From: Eledone cirrhosa
Taxonomy: Eukaryota
Assembly: GCA_964016885.1 (NCBI GenBank)
Contig: OZ024740.1
Location: 329,778,001-329,842,000, forward strand
Reading direction: 5' to 3'
DNA: 64,000 nt
Shown here: one piece after another, positions 26,725 to 40,455 of the stretch
Numbering within the stretch: position 1 is the stretch's first letter
How the letters are laid out: each line of letters opens with the position of its first letter
Translations under genes and position numbers: made by a program
Notes under the pieces: model-generated
Told to the model about the DNA's origin: nothing
The model's database searches: none
Seen by the model: the letters and a program-made list of their open reading frames with translations, nothing else

Positions 26725-27525
26725 TTAATTGATGGATTGTTATTAGCCTGGGCCAACGTAAATCATACACACGTAATTATGCACTTCTTTCATGACCAAG
26801 TTTATTTTTCAAATGGCTATGTTCCATTCTGCTGTACACAGACGCAAATTCAACACGCTGCGTTGTATTTGTGTGATTGTGTGTGTGTGCGTAAAGAATA
26901 TAAAATATATATAACATATATCTGTGAATACCAGATGAATATATTTTGAGTTTGACTAATAATAAGCCCCCTTGTTAAGAATGTTCCAATATATTATTCT
27001 ATTTGAACAAAAGGATAAGAAGACATTTTCGCGGCTAAATATATTTTCAATATTAGACATATTTTACATCTAAGGAAAAACTGTTATATTCCGAATCTAA
27101 TTATTCCAGACATATATTAGGACTTCACAAAAATGGCCAGTGCATTTTCTATAGTCTACATTCAACGGCGTCATGATCAAACAAATTCATTGACAATTGA
27201 AGTTAAACAAATGGTGGGTTTGATATGAAAAACGTTTGGCTATGAGGACAGTATAATAAGTTGATAACGGAAAGTCAATTAGCCGTGAAATAAGTAAGAG
27301 GTAGAGGCAACTGCGAACGATTGTTTGTAAAAACAAATGACAAAAGGTTGTTTAAATTACTTTTAATTTGCAGCGAGCCATTTATGCGTCAAGTGCATAT
27401 TAAATCCAACACAAATCTTTAATGTATATTGTGTTGCATACAAATATTCATCATTGAATTATATTCTCATTCGTGCTATATTATTATTAGAATCTAAAGA
27501 ACAAAGCAGTTATAAATGCACAGAA

Positions 27526-27573
<48 letters not shown>

Positions 27574-27577
<4 letters not shown>

Positions 27578-27921
27578 TAAACGGAATAGAAAATGCTGAC
27601 AAATTGTTCACAGTTGAAAAATGGTTTAATTAGGAATAACAGAGTATTAGTGATTGTATGGGTTAGTATTCAGTTGTGGTTTTAAGTTTTTAAGTTTTTA
27701 CCGGTTGCGCATTTCTAAATGCGTTTCAGAGCAAACAGCACGGACACTCTATCTCAAAATTATTTTTGAAAAGCATTTAGAAATGCGCAACCGGTAAAAA
27801 CTTAAAAACTTAAAACCACAACTGAATACTAACCCATACAATCACTAATACTCTTTTATTCCTAATTAAACCATTTTTCAACTGTGAACGATTTGTCAGC
27901 ATTTTCTATTCCGTTTACCAA
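27574..27921. mobile_element. Fold-back unit: 149-bp inverted arms (27574-27722 / 27773-27921) carrying a U3-A8 HHR-like motif at 27763-27799
   Basis: Near-perfect inverted arms; ttt TTGAAAA gcattt-ag-aaatgc GCAA ccgg TA aaa. Confidence 0.8.
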
Positions 27922-27956
27922 TATATAATAACTTGTGTGTTACACCTCTATTCTTT

Positions 27957-28052
<96 letters not shown>

Positions 28053-28071
28053 GGGAGAGAGAGAGAGATAC

Positions 28072-28154
<83 letters not shown>

Positions 28155-28156
<2 letters not shown>

Positions 28157-28276
28157 GTATTTTTAACCGCTGGTCAATCAATGATTAATATTGATTGCCA
28201 AATAAATTAACTATGGAGACATAACAGATACAGAAGCGAAAGCCAACAAAACAGTGAGTGTGTTCTATCATTATTT
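28155..28276 (+). mobile_element. Diverged PLE family A tail fragment (opposite-orientation partner at ~29440-29545)
   Basis: ggtcaatcaatg...cagaagcgaaagccaacaaaacagtgagtgtgttct matches 56390-56510. Confidence 0.6.
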
Positions 28277-28509
28277 GTGTTTTATTATGTATATATGTTT
28301 ATATGTATATGTTTATATGTATATATGTATATAATTATATACTTATATGCATACATATATACATATCATACACAGTCATACAGACTCACACTCACACACA
28401 CACATATAAATATAATATAGAGAAGATAACACACGAGAGAAACTGGGTTTGTCAAGGTACAGGATTCTTTTTCCTTTGAGATCATAAATGACGGCGGGTT
28501 TCTGACTCC

Positions 28510-28964
28510 GTTACTTATTTGATATATTTTTCTAGGGCGGGTAATATTCCCGAGATCCATGGACGAGTTCACTCCAGCGGCCTCTGTCCCTCATTATCGC
28601 TGCCATGTCCTGCGTCTCCAACAGACCAGTGTCTGTCCTTAGGACATCAACATACGTTAAGCTTGGTCTTCCCCTTCCAGTGTGTCCATATAGGGGCTCC
28701 CACAGGAGCACTGAGTGCAATGTCAACTCTGGATGCCGGTGAGCATGTCCAGCTAACCCCAGTCTCCTCTGTGTCAGTTTTGAGCTGACTTTTGGGAGGC
28801 TCCCATACAGCTCTGAGCTTTTCATCCTCAGTGTATACTGATTAATGTTCAGAGCCAACCTCAGCATTCTCGTGTAACACCCATCCACCATCTGAGTGAG
28901 TTTCTTGGTCAGTGGCCAAGTCTCAGACCCGTACAGCAGCACAGGCTCCACTACAGCAATGAAG
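28510..28964 (-). mobile_element. RTE LINE 3' segment
   Basis: VEPVLLYGSETW, RMLRLAL, LAGHAHR, GRGRP, stop then aataagtaa tail. Confidence 0.85.
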
Positions 28965-29308
28965 CGGATGCTGAATTTGCCGACGACATAGTTTTAGTGA
29001 CAAATACAGTGAAGGAGGCAGAGGATTGATGCAGGAGGTTGAGACATGTGTCAATGAGTGTGGGGCTGAGAATGAATGGGACTAAAACAAAATATCTGGT
29101 AGAGAATGTTGAGAAGCCAGAAGGGATCACTAATGTAGGCGAGGAGCTGCTAGAACTGGTTGAGGACTTCCTGTATTTGGGAGCAAAGATTGGGAATACG
29201 GAAGATGATGTGGTTGAGAGGAAGAGCAAAGCCTGGGTGGCATGCCACAGCTTGAGATCTGTGTGGAAGCCGGACCTTCGTACAGAACTGAGAATCCGCC
29301 TCTTCATT
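28960..29308 (+). mobile_element. RTE LINE RT segment, inverted relative to its own 3' end
   Basis: EFADDIVL, GLRMNGTKTK, DFLYLG, RIRLFI; contiguous in protein with the minus-strand segment. Confidence 0.85.
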
Positions 29309-29777
29309 TGATATATATATATATATATATTTATTTATGAGCTATATCTTATACTGTCATTTCTATAATATGAAGAGGGTGTTTAACTCCAACACACTAG
29401 TATTTTAATTCTTATATATATATATATATATATATATACTTGGCGATGGTCATATTGTTATAATATTGCCAGAAATAATGACAGAACACACTCACACTTT
29501 TGTTGGAGTTAGTTTTCGCATCTGTATCTTTTATATCTTCATAGTGTGTGCAAGTATGTTTATGTGTGCGGTGGGGATGGTGTGGTTATGGTTTTCTATT
29601 TCTCTGTATCTGTATGATACGTTTTATCCAGTATTTTGACAAAATGCAATATAGTTGTCAAAGTAAACAAGTTATAATGAAATTGATTGTTCACTAATAA
29701 CATATATAAGCCCTTACACAGGCAAACATATCAAACGCTTACACATTAGTCTATGAAAACATTCATATATATATATA

Positions 29778-29979
29778 GGACCAAGTATGACTCCGACGGC
29801 AGAGCTCAAGCCGTTTCGACGGCTATTTCTGTACTATTTTTATTCCAGATCTAGCCGACGAAACGGCTTGAGCTCTGCCGTCGGGGTCATACTTGTTCCT
29901 ATTACCCACTCTACTACCCTAAGTATTCAGTACTTTGGTTGTACTTGTCCATCTGGTTCCTTACCACAATTCATTCGTT
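29778..29979. mobile_element. Asymmetric fold-back of family B 3' tails
   Basis: caagtatgactccgacggcagagctcaagccgtttcg inverted against cgaaacggcttgagctctgccgtcggggtcatacttg. Confidence 0.85.
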
Positions 29980-30022
29980 ATATATATATATTGTAAGAAA
30001 AACCACAGACCCTCCATCTCAA

Positions 30023-30066
30023 TTCTACTTTTGAAAAGCAGAAGAACTGCGAAACCGGTAAAGGAA
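30023..30066 (+). ncRNA. Minimal hammerhead ribozyme, U3-A8 variant, palindromic stem III
   Basis: ttc-ta-ctt TTGAAAA gcag-aagaa-ctgc GAA ACCGGT A aag-gaa. Confidence 0.72.
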
Positions 30067-30132
30067 CCAAATAAATATATATATTTTTTTAAAAACAAGA
30101 CTCCAGTTGCATTTTCGATTTCATCTTTTTTT

Positions 30133-30264
<132 letters not shown>

Positions 30265-30277
30265 TATATAGATAGAT

Positions 30278-30354
<77 letters not shown>

Positions 30355-30366
30355 GAGAGAGAATCA

Positions 30367-30625
30367 AAGTATTAATTTTGTTGCAGTTTATCTAATTACA
30401 GCAATTTGTGCAGTAGTAATTTTTTAGTAAACAAAAAAATATGACAGATATTGTATATACTGAATTTTCTTAAACATTTAAATGCAAATGGAATAAATTA
30501 GTGAAGAATAGATGTTGTAACTATCGGGCTAATAGTAAAGATGGTGAAAGTGAACACAATCATCGACAATATGTTATTGCATATCCAACTTACGCTGCTA
30601 CACTCACATATAGAAATACTAATTT
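30367..30625 (+). repeat. Unclassified dispersed repeat (second copy ~39080-39320)
   Basis: tattaattttgt..agttt..taattacagcaatttgtgcag shared; both follow GA-rich tracts. Confidence 0.6.
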
Positions 30626-30798
30626 ATAGATACACACACACACACACACACAAACACACACGTACGCACATACACACACACACACACACATACATTCACG
30701 CACATACACATACACTCAGACACACAAACACACACACACGCACACATACACACACACAAACACAAACACACCATATATATATATATATATATATATAT

Positions 30799-30887
30799 GG
30801 AGGAGGTTATAGTTCACTTGAAGCATTGTGTAATGAGGTATAAACGTTTGAATATGTATAATAAAGCTTTATTATACATATTCAAAC

Positions 30888-30894
<7 letters not shown>
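30799..30894. mobile_element. Mini fold-back from the 4085-7523 PLE family
   Basis: 30799-30867 matches 7211-7279; 56-bp perfect palindrome 30839-30894 centred on aagctt; (TA)n on both sides. Confidence 0.9.
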
Positions 30895-30945
<51 letters not shown>

Positions 30946-31287
30946 CTGATACATACATACTATTGGAAGTGAATCGAAGTTGTAAGTGCTATATAGCAGA
31001 TACTAATCGAGTTTACAAATATAAATATGTATATATTAAATACATTTATAAAGTTAAGAGTAATGGTACCAGAACATCGCATATGGTATTTTTCAGGAAT
31101 CTTTGTTGCGGCGATAGTAGAGAAAGTATTAAAATCCCAATGGAGTGCCCTCTCCTGCGGATTTTACTAAAGTTTACAGAAACGTTTAATGTGTCCTAAG
31201 GCCTACATACATACATACATAGACACACACACACACATATATACACGCACACACAAACACACACACACACACACACATACATATATA

Positions 31288-31578
31288 TCACCGTCTTCAC
31301 CTTGACCGATCAGTCTGTCGGGCGTCCATTCGGCGCCGCTGGTCACAGCACGCCGTCCATTCCTCTCTGGATCGTGCTTTCCTTATCCATTTAATCCCAA
31401 TCGTATTCTTCAAATCGTAACTCCACCCTCGTAGGGGCCTTCCGAGTGGTCATTTCCGCTCGCCCGGGTACCAGTCGGCAACTGCGCGGGTCCACTGATT
31501 ATCGGTGAACCGGGCGACGTGTCCAGCCCATCTGAACTTGCTGCGCATATATTTCCTGATGACGTCCCTCACGCCGGA
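31288..31578 (-). mobile_element. RTE LINE 3' end
   Basis: SGVRDVIRKYMRSKFRWAGHVAR..WYP..PLGRPLRGW. Confidence 0.88.
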
Positions 31579-31582
31579 TCAC

Positions 31583-34385
31583 GCTGGTTGTCTGATACCT
31601 ATGTATCAGGTCTTACCATGCTACACAGGAATCAGCCTATTGATCCTAGAGATGATTCATCATCTTCTAGAGTTCAAAAGCTAGCTAACCTGAATAGGTA
31701 CCGGCTGCCCGCCCAGCAAATGGGATGGCGTGATCTTATGGTTAAAACAGCACGAAGAAAAGGGTCTCAGTACCCTGCGCGTCAATCAGGCCCCTCCACG
31801 ACAGCGGAGTGCAACCTGAGCGACGAGAGGCTCCTAAGAATCACAGGTTCCCGAAGGTGGCCAAAGAACAGGACTAACCTTGCCCTATGCACCTACAACT
31901 GCAGGTCTTTGGCAGGGGGACAAGGAATGAACCACCTAATGGAGGAGAAGAAAAAGATCAGGTGTGACGTGTTAGAGCTGTGCGAGACCCGCCAGAAGAA
32001 GGAGGCGAGTTCGCGATGGCAAGATTAATGCGCCTTGAGACTCGGGAAAGCAGAGGGTGCCAGATCGGTTGGAGGTATAGGGTTCATCGTAAGCAAGGAA
32101 TGGGCTTCGAAGGTCGCTTCTTGCCAGTTCATATCGTCACAGATTGGTGTACTGAATGTGAACCTTTCAGGGAAAGCCACCCTCAGTCATACGCGAGTAG
32201 CGACGACGATGCGGTGGAAGAATTCTATCGCCAGCTAGACAAAGTGCTAGACGTGAAGTCCTCTTACACCGTCGTGATGGGAGACTTCAGCACAAAGGTC
32301 GGACAGGGACGGCAAGGGGAAAAGTTTGTCGCAAGATTCGGCCTAGGAGAGCGAAAGGAGAGAGGAGAGCGTCTCGTCACCATGGCGGAGGCGAGATGGC
32401 TCTACATCGGAAACAGCCTATTCAGAAAGAAAAAGAAAAGATGGACCTGGGTATCGCCAAATTCTGAGCACCGAAACGAGATTGACTACATCTTGGTCCA
32501 CAAGCGACACATACTCACATACTGCAGGACGTCTCCGTCATAACGCCATTCAACACTGGCAGTGATCATCGTCTGCTGAGAGCGAGGATCGTGATCGATC
32601 GGACCAGTGAGAAGAAGGCGCTGCATTTGGCGTCGAAGGGAGAACGCGTCCGGGTCTTCAACGAGGCTCAGCTGCAGAAAGCCATTATGCAGGAAAAGTG
32701 GCGTCAAGGAGACGGCATAGACGCTGACTACGACTCACTGATAAGGAAACTGAAGGAGTGCTTGAGGAAGGCTAAGTGTGTGTGTCCGAAGGAGCGGAAG
32801 GGAAGAGTATCGGGGGAAAGTATGCAGTTGCATGAGAAGAGGAAGAATATGAAGTGGACACCTAATGATCACCTCGAATATTCCCTTCTGAGCAGAGTGA
32901 TACGTCAACAACTTGAGAGACTTCGAGGCATACCGGATGGAGAAGCTCCTGAAGGCAGCAAAGGAAAACAAGAGCCTCAAGAAATGCGAGAGGGACATGA
33001 CAATGTACAGATCGGAGGTGACAACCCTGAAAAATACAGATGGAGTACCGGTCAGCGACAAGAGTGAGGTGGAAAAGGTTTGCGAAGACTTCTACACCAA
33101 GCTCTTCAAGTCTGCCGGGAATGTGCAGCCGTTGCCGTCACTCCAAGAGGAAGAAAATGTACCACCCAACCTTGTCAGTGAGGTCGAAAGAGCCGTCGGC
33201 TTGTTGAAAAGCGGAAAGGCGCCAGGGTAAGACGGCATAACATCGGAGGTGTTGAAGTCAGGCGGAGAGCAGCTTTGGAAAATCCTCGCCGAGCGATTCA
33301 CGCACTATATGGACGAGGGAAGAATACGCTCGCAGTGGAAAGAGTCGAATACCATCCTGCTATACAAGAAGGTCGATAGAGAAGATCTGAAGAACTACCG
33401 ACCCATATGCCTGCTGTCGCACGTGTACAAGCTGTTCACGAAGATAATCCTGAACAGGTTATCAGGTCATGTGGGCGAACAGCAACCGAGAGAGTAAGCC
33501 GGCTTCCGCAAAAACTACAGCACGATGGACCACATATTTACTCTGACACAACTGTTTGAGCGAGCAAAAGAGTAAAATATGCCTCTTCGTAGACTACGAG
33601 AAGGCCTTCAACAGCGTCGAAATCAACGTAGTGCTGAACTCGCTGCAGAGGTAAGGAGTCGAGGCGCAATACGTTCAACTGCTCAGGGAGGCGGGTTCCG
33701 GATGCACCACCGACATAGCTCTGCTGTCATCACCTGTATGAATGCCGGTCGAGAAGGGAGTGAAGCAAGGAGATACGATCTCTCCAAAACCTTTCAGCGA
33801 ATGTCTCGAGCAGATCACCAGAGGCATGGACTGGCAAGGCGGTGTCAACATCAACGGCGATATACTTACCCACCTCCGTTTCGCTGATAACATCGTACTC
33901 ATCGCTGAAACAATGGATCAACTTCAGACCATGCTGACGGAGCTCGACATCAAAAGCTCTGCAGTAGGCCTCAAGATGAACCGCATGAAAACGAAGTCCA
34001 TGCGGTCTGACTACGTACCGACAGGTCGAATGATGGTTGGCGGTGATGAAATAGAGAAGGTGGAGGAATACGTCTACCTGGGACAAAAAGTGAACATGCG
34101 CCGAGACATTGAGAGGGAGATCTCTCGGAGAGTAAGGGCCGGATGGAAGGCGTTCAACGGAATAAGGGATGTGCTCAAGGGGAGGCTGCACAAGACCACC
34201 CGCGCCAATCTCTTCAATGGCACTGTTTTACCTAAAATGTTATATGGCAGTGAAACTTGGGCTACAACGAAGAGAGAAGAGCAGAGGCTGGTAACGGCTC
34301 AATGAGCCATGGAAGAATCAATGCTAGGAATATCTTTGAGAGGGCACATTAGGAGCGAAGTCATCAGACAGAAGTCTGGCGTGAG

Positions 34386-34390
<5 letters not shown>
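31583..34390 (+). mobile_element. RTE-clade LINE body (5' UTR, APE endonuclease, RT), disrupted by stops and frameshifts
   Basis: CTYNCRSL, GIGFIV, VMGDF, EIDYILV, GSDHRLL, GKAPG, NYRPICLLS, GVKQGDTISPK, LRFADNIVL, YVYLGQ, MLYGSETW; ends SGVRD at (TA)n. Confidence 0.93.
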
Positions 34391-34425
<35 letters not shown>

Positions 34426-34638
34426 CGTTTCTGAATTTGTTTAGCAAGATTCTTTATCTGAAATCGTGTGTTGAAACCGATATTGTTACACTTTGGGAGG
34501 GTCATGCTGCCAATAAGAAACACACGCACCAGTTGCTTTCACTTCAATTTAATTTATTAAATAATTATAAATTTACAAATTTATAAATTTCTGGTTGGTT
34601 GGTTGGTTCCACAACCAGATAGTTGTTTATATATATAT

Positions 34639-34683
34639 AGTCATAGTTCTTTCGTCACACACTCTGTGACCTCTTCAGTGACT
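34639..34683 (-). ncRNA. Minimal hammerhead ribozyme (family A2)
   Basis: agtca CTGAAGA g gtcaca-gagtg-tgtgac GAAA gaac TA tgact. Confidence 0.78.
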
Positions 34684-34840
34684 GGGGATTTCTTTCTTCG
34701 TTTCTGTGCCTTTCCTTTCTTCTATCCTACGCCATTTTGTTTTCATTTCTTCTATCCTACGCCATTTTGTTTTCATTTTTCAAACAAAATGGCGTAGGAT
34801 AGAAGAAAGGAAAGGCACAGAAACGAAGAAAGAAATCCCC

Positions 34841-34885
34841 AGTCACTGAAGAGGTCACAGAGTGTGTGACGAAAGAACTATGACT
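34841..34885 (+). ncRNA. Minimal hammerhead ribozyme (family A2)
   Basis: Same motif on plus strand. Confidence 0.78.
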
Positions 34886-35036
34886 ATATATATATAAACA
34901 ACTATCTGGTTGTGGAACCAACCAACCAACCAGAAATTTATAAATTTGTAAATTTATAAATATTTAATAAATTAAATTGAAGTGAAAGCAACTGGTGCGT
35001 GTGTTTCTTATTGGCAGCATGACCCTCCCAAAGTGT

Positions 35037-37021
<1,985 letters not shown>

Positions 37022-37415
37022 GGTTCGTGAATAGCTGTATACAGATATGTATTGGAATTTGTATTTCTAAAGAAATAGGGTATGTGTATATATAAATATT
37101 TAGAAAGCCATAGCAGAAGAAATAGAGCAATTGTCGATACCGGGACACCACCATGTGGCAAAGCCGCGGGTGTGCTTGCATTGTTACGATTTTCTAAATA
37201 TTTATTCATAAACACACCATATTTTTTTAGAAATATAAAATTCCAATGCATATCTGAATACATGCTAGAAGCTAAATTCTAACTCTATTCTATTATAAAT
37301 TGCGCCACCTTATACAGCTTCATATGCATATGGGATTAATCACCTCATTTACACAGACGAGAACACCATATATTCTCGCAAGTGTTCAAGTCCAGGAGCT
37401 GCAACGGCGGGAGGG

Positions 37416-37459
37416 ATCTTCCTGATGAGAACCAGTTCAATTCGAAATGTATCGACGAT
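37416..37459 (+). ncRNA. Minimal hammerhead ribozyme within a diverged fold-back (37020-37595)
   Basis: atcttc CTGATGA gaa-ccagttcaa-ttc GAAA tgta TC gacgat. Confidence 0.68.
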
Positions 37460-37591
37460 TTTCACCCTTGCTTCTGTTGGACACCACTAGTTGGCGACAG
37501 CCGCCGGTGCTTTTGCTTAGCTACGGCTTTCAACATTTTTATTTAGAAACATACCGTGTTTCTTTAGAAATACAAAATTCCAATACATACA

Positions 37592-37664
<73 letters not shown>

Positions 37665-37733
37665 GTATAAATGTGTTGGAATTTCGTATGTGTGTGTGTG
37701 CGCGCTTGTACATGCACATGAATGATATGTATT

Positions 37734-37807
<74 letters not shown>

Positions 37808-38094
37808 ATGTATGATAAATATGTATCATATATGTGCATGGACAAGCACACACATACAATTTCAACACACCAGCACACGTATACACATGCAAAACAACCA
37901 TTCTTAAAATTGCATCCCAAAAGGAAATCTTGTATTGGTATCTGTATTGAACCTGGCGAAATAGATACGCAATATTATTTTGAATTCACAGTATTTGTCT
38001 CTTGTTCCTTAACTTTGTAGCTTTTCTATTGACTACTCATAAACTCATGGAAACATAAAGGTTATCGCACGTTTCGTCTTTAGTCTCATTATTT

Positions 38095-38200
38095 AATCCC
38101 GCCCAGGTTAACTTTGCCTTTCATCCTTACGGGGTCGATAAAATAAAGTACCTGTAATACACTGGGATAATTGCTGGCCTTGTGCCAAAAGTAGAAACAA
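38095..38200 (+). mobile_element. 5'-truncated SINE family 1
   Basis: aatcccgcccaggttaactttgcctttcatccttacggggtcgataaaataaagtac. Confidence 0.8.
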
Positions 38201-38985
38201 TTATTTAATTTGTACCCGTAACACTTGATGTGTTCGTAGCGATGGTGCTGTAGTGATATACAATATTTCTTAGGCATTTATAAATCTGGGAAAAAAAGAC
38301 ATACTCTCTCTAGGCCTAATTACAGTATATTCCTACCAGATAAAGGAGCAGAGGGGCCGTGACAAAATAAGGAATCGGTAAAATTATTGACCAAGTAGCT
38401 CTTTTTATCGACCGTGAAACGTGAAAATTAACAAAAAACGTTTACCTTAGAAAAAAGAGCTTGACCGAAATATCACAGAGTTTTCTAATCGACTGTCAAA
38501 GGAATCTGCTAATTCAACCCCCTACCCCCCATCGAATAGCGCAAGCAACATTGATTAATTATTCTTGATATGTATTTTGTTTGTCTTACTTTTGTTGTGG
38601 CTACCATAATTAAGATTTAAGCTAATTAATTTATCCCCTCTCTACGGATGTAATTTAACATAATTTAAACGTAACGGCGCAACACCCTAAATATTTTAGA
38701 ATTTTTTTAAATATTTAAAGTATTGCAATGTATTGTTTAAATTATGTTAGATTACAAGTGTGGTGAGAAGAGAAAATAATTAGTTTAACTGCTAATTATC
38801 GTGAAACAGCACAAGTTTACGACGATAGCAGTTAAGTTCTCCAAGAAATCGATTTAACAAGTAATTGTTAAACAATATTATAAATAAGCGCTAACACGGA
38901 CTAATAAATATATAGTCATATATGTGAGTGATCGAGCGTTTATGTATTTGTTTACAAACACTTTCCAATACTCATATTTTCTTTA

Positions 38986-39022
<37 letters not shown>

Positions 39023-39324
39023 AGAGATAGAGCCAGATAAAGATAGAATGGGTGAGTGAAGGAAGAGTAGAGGGAAAACAAGCTATTAATTTTGTCTCAG
39101 TTTATTTAATTACAGCAATTTGTGCAGCAATTATTGTCTAGAATATCAAAATATGAGATATATTGTATCTGATAAATTTCCACAAACATTTAAATCTAAA
39201 CGGATTGAATTACAGAAGAATTGATGTAGCTGGTAGGCGTTTACTAAAACTGGTAACATTTCCGCAACCATGACTATATATTATTGTATAACAATCCTAA
39301 TCTGTTACACTATAAATATAAATA

Positions 39325-39400
<76 letters not shown>

Positions 39401-39592
39401 TCAGAGCAAACAGCACGGACACTCTATCTCAAAATTATTTTTGAAAAGCATTTAGAAATGCGTAACCGGTAAAAACTTAAAAACTTAAAACCACAACTGA
39501 ATACTAACCCATACAATCACTAATACTCCTTTATTCCTAATTAAACCATTTTTCAACTGTGAACAATTTGTCAGCATTTTCTATTCCGTTTA

Positions 39593-39596
<4 letters not shown>
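39401..39596 (+). mobile_element. 196-bp HHR-like-motif-bearing element, near-identical to 27726-27921
   Basis: Same 5' start tcagagcaaac and same 3' end at (TA)n; motif at 39438-39474. Confidence 0.8.
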
Positions 39597-39643
<47 letters not shown>

Positions 39644-40247
39644 GAGGTAACAGCTTATTGTTATAGCTTAAGTGTAGTCCAGTTATGGTACTCCGAGTAG
39701 TGGATGATATCAACGCTTGGCTAAGTTTGACTCAACAAGGCGTTTCCATAGTGATGCTGCGAGTACGAGGTAATTTCTATGTTGTAAACACTTGGAGTAA
39801 TGATAAATCAGGAAAGAAGAGTCACACGGTTTGCTATACAAAAAAGGTTTTTAATCTCATTGCTGACAATTGTTTCTCTGAACTGCTATGTCTAGAGATC
39901 GCTACCCGCTTGTTTTCACGCCATTCGATCACGAATACATAGTTGTAACCAGTCAATTCATCGGAGCCTGTGAGAATGAAAGGAATATACAGGCATGACT
40001 ACTATATATAGTAGTAATGGCATTCAACCAGAAAAATAACAACAATAATAACAATGCTAGCAATAAGTTATTTGAAATAATCACATCAATCTAGGTGAGA
40101 AATATAGGGGTGACAGCTTCGACACAAGCCAAAGCGCTGCCCGTGGTGTAAGAGACAATAGAGAACAATAATGTATAGCAATTTTCATCGTAATCTAATA
40201 TAATGTAAACTTACCCTTGCAATATATTAGAGTATTATTTTTCTATC

Positions 40248-40433
40248 AGGGCGGTGGATTGGCAGTATCGGTAGAGGGTCGGACGCCATGCTTTACATCA
40301 TAGTTACGTCTCTTTACAATCTCAGTTCAAATCCCGCCGAGGTTGACTTTGCCTTTCATCCTTACGGGGTCGATAAAATAAAGTACCAGTAATGCACTGG
40401 GTAATTGCTGGCCTTGTGCCTAAAGTAGAAACA
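40248..40433 (+). mobile_element. tRNA-derived SINE (family 1) with 14-bp TSD
   Basis: attatttttctatc at 40234-40247 and 40434-40447; A/B boxes. Confidence 0.92.
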
Positions 40434-40455
40434 ATTATTTTTCTATCTGCTATTC

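Larger units (their letters stand above)
34423..35041. mobile_element. Near-perfect fold-back of two PLE family A2 tails (~270-bp arms)
   Basis: 34483-34745 inverted against ~34782-35041; 28-bp duplication at the centre; (TA)n both sides. Confidence 0.92.

Noticed and set aside
31519-31860. N-terminal part of the 169-aa ORF
   Set aside because: Spans the inversion junction and 5' UTR; chimeric
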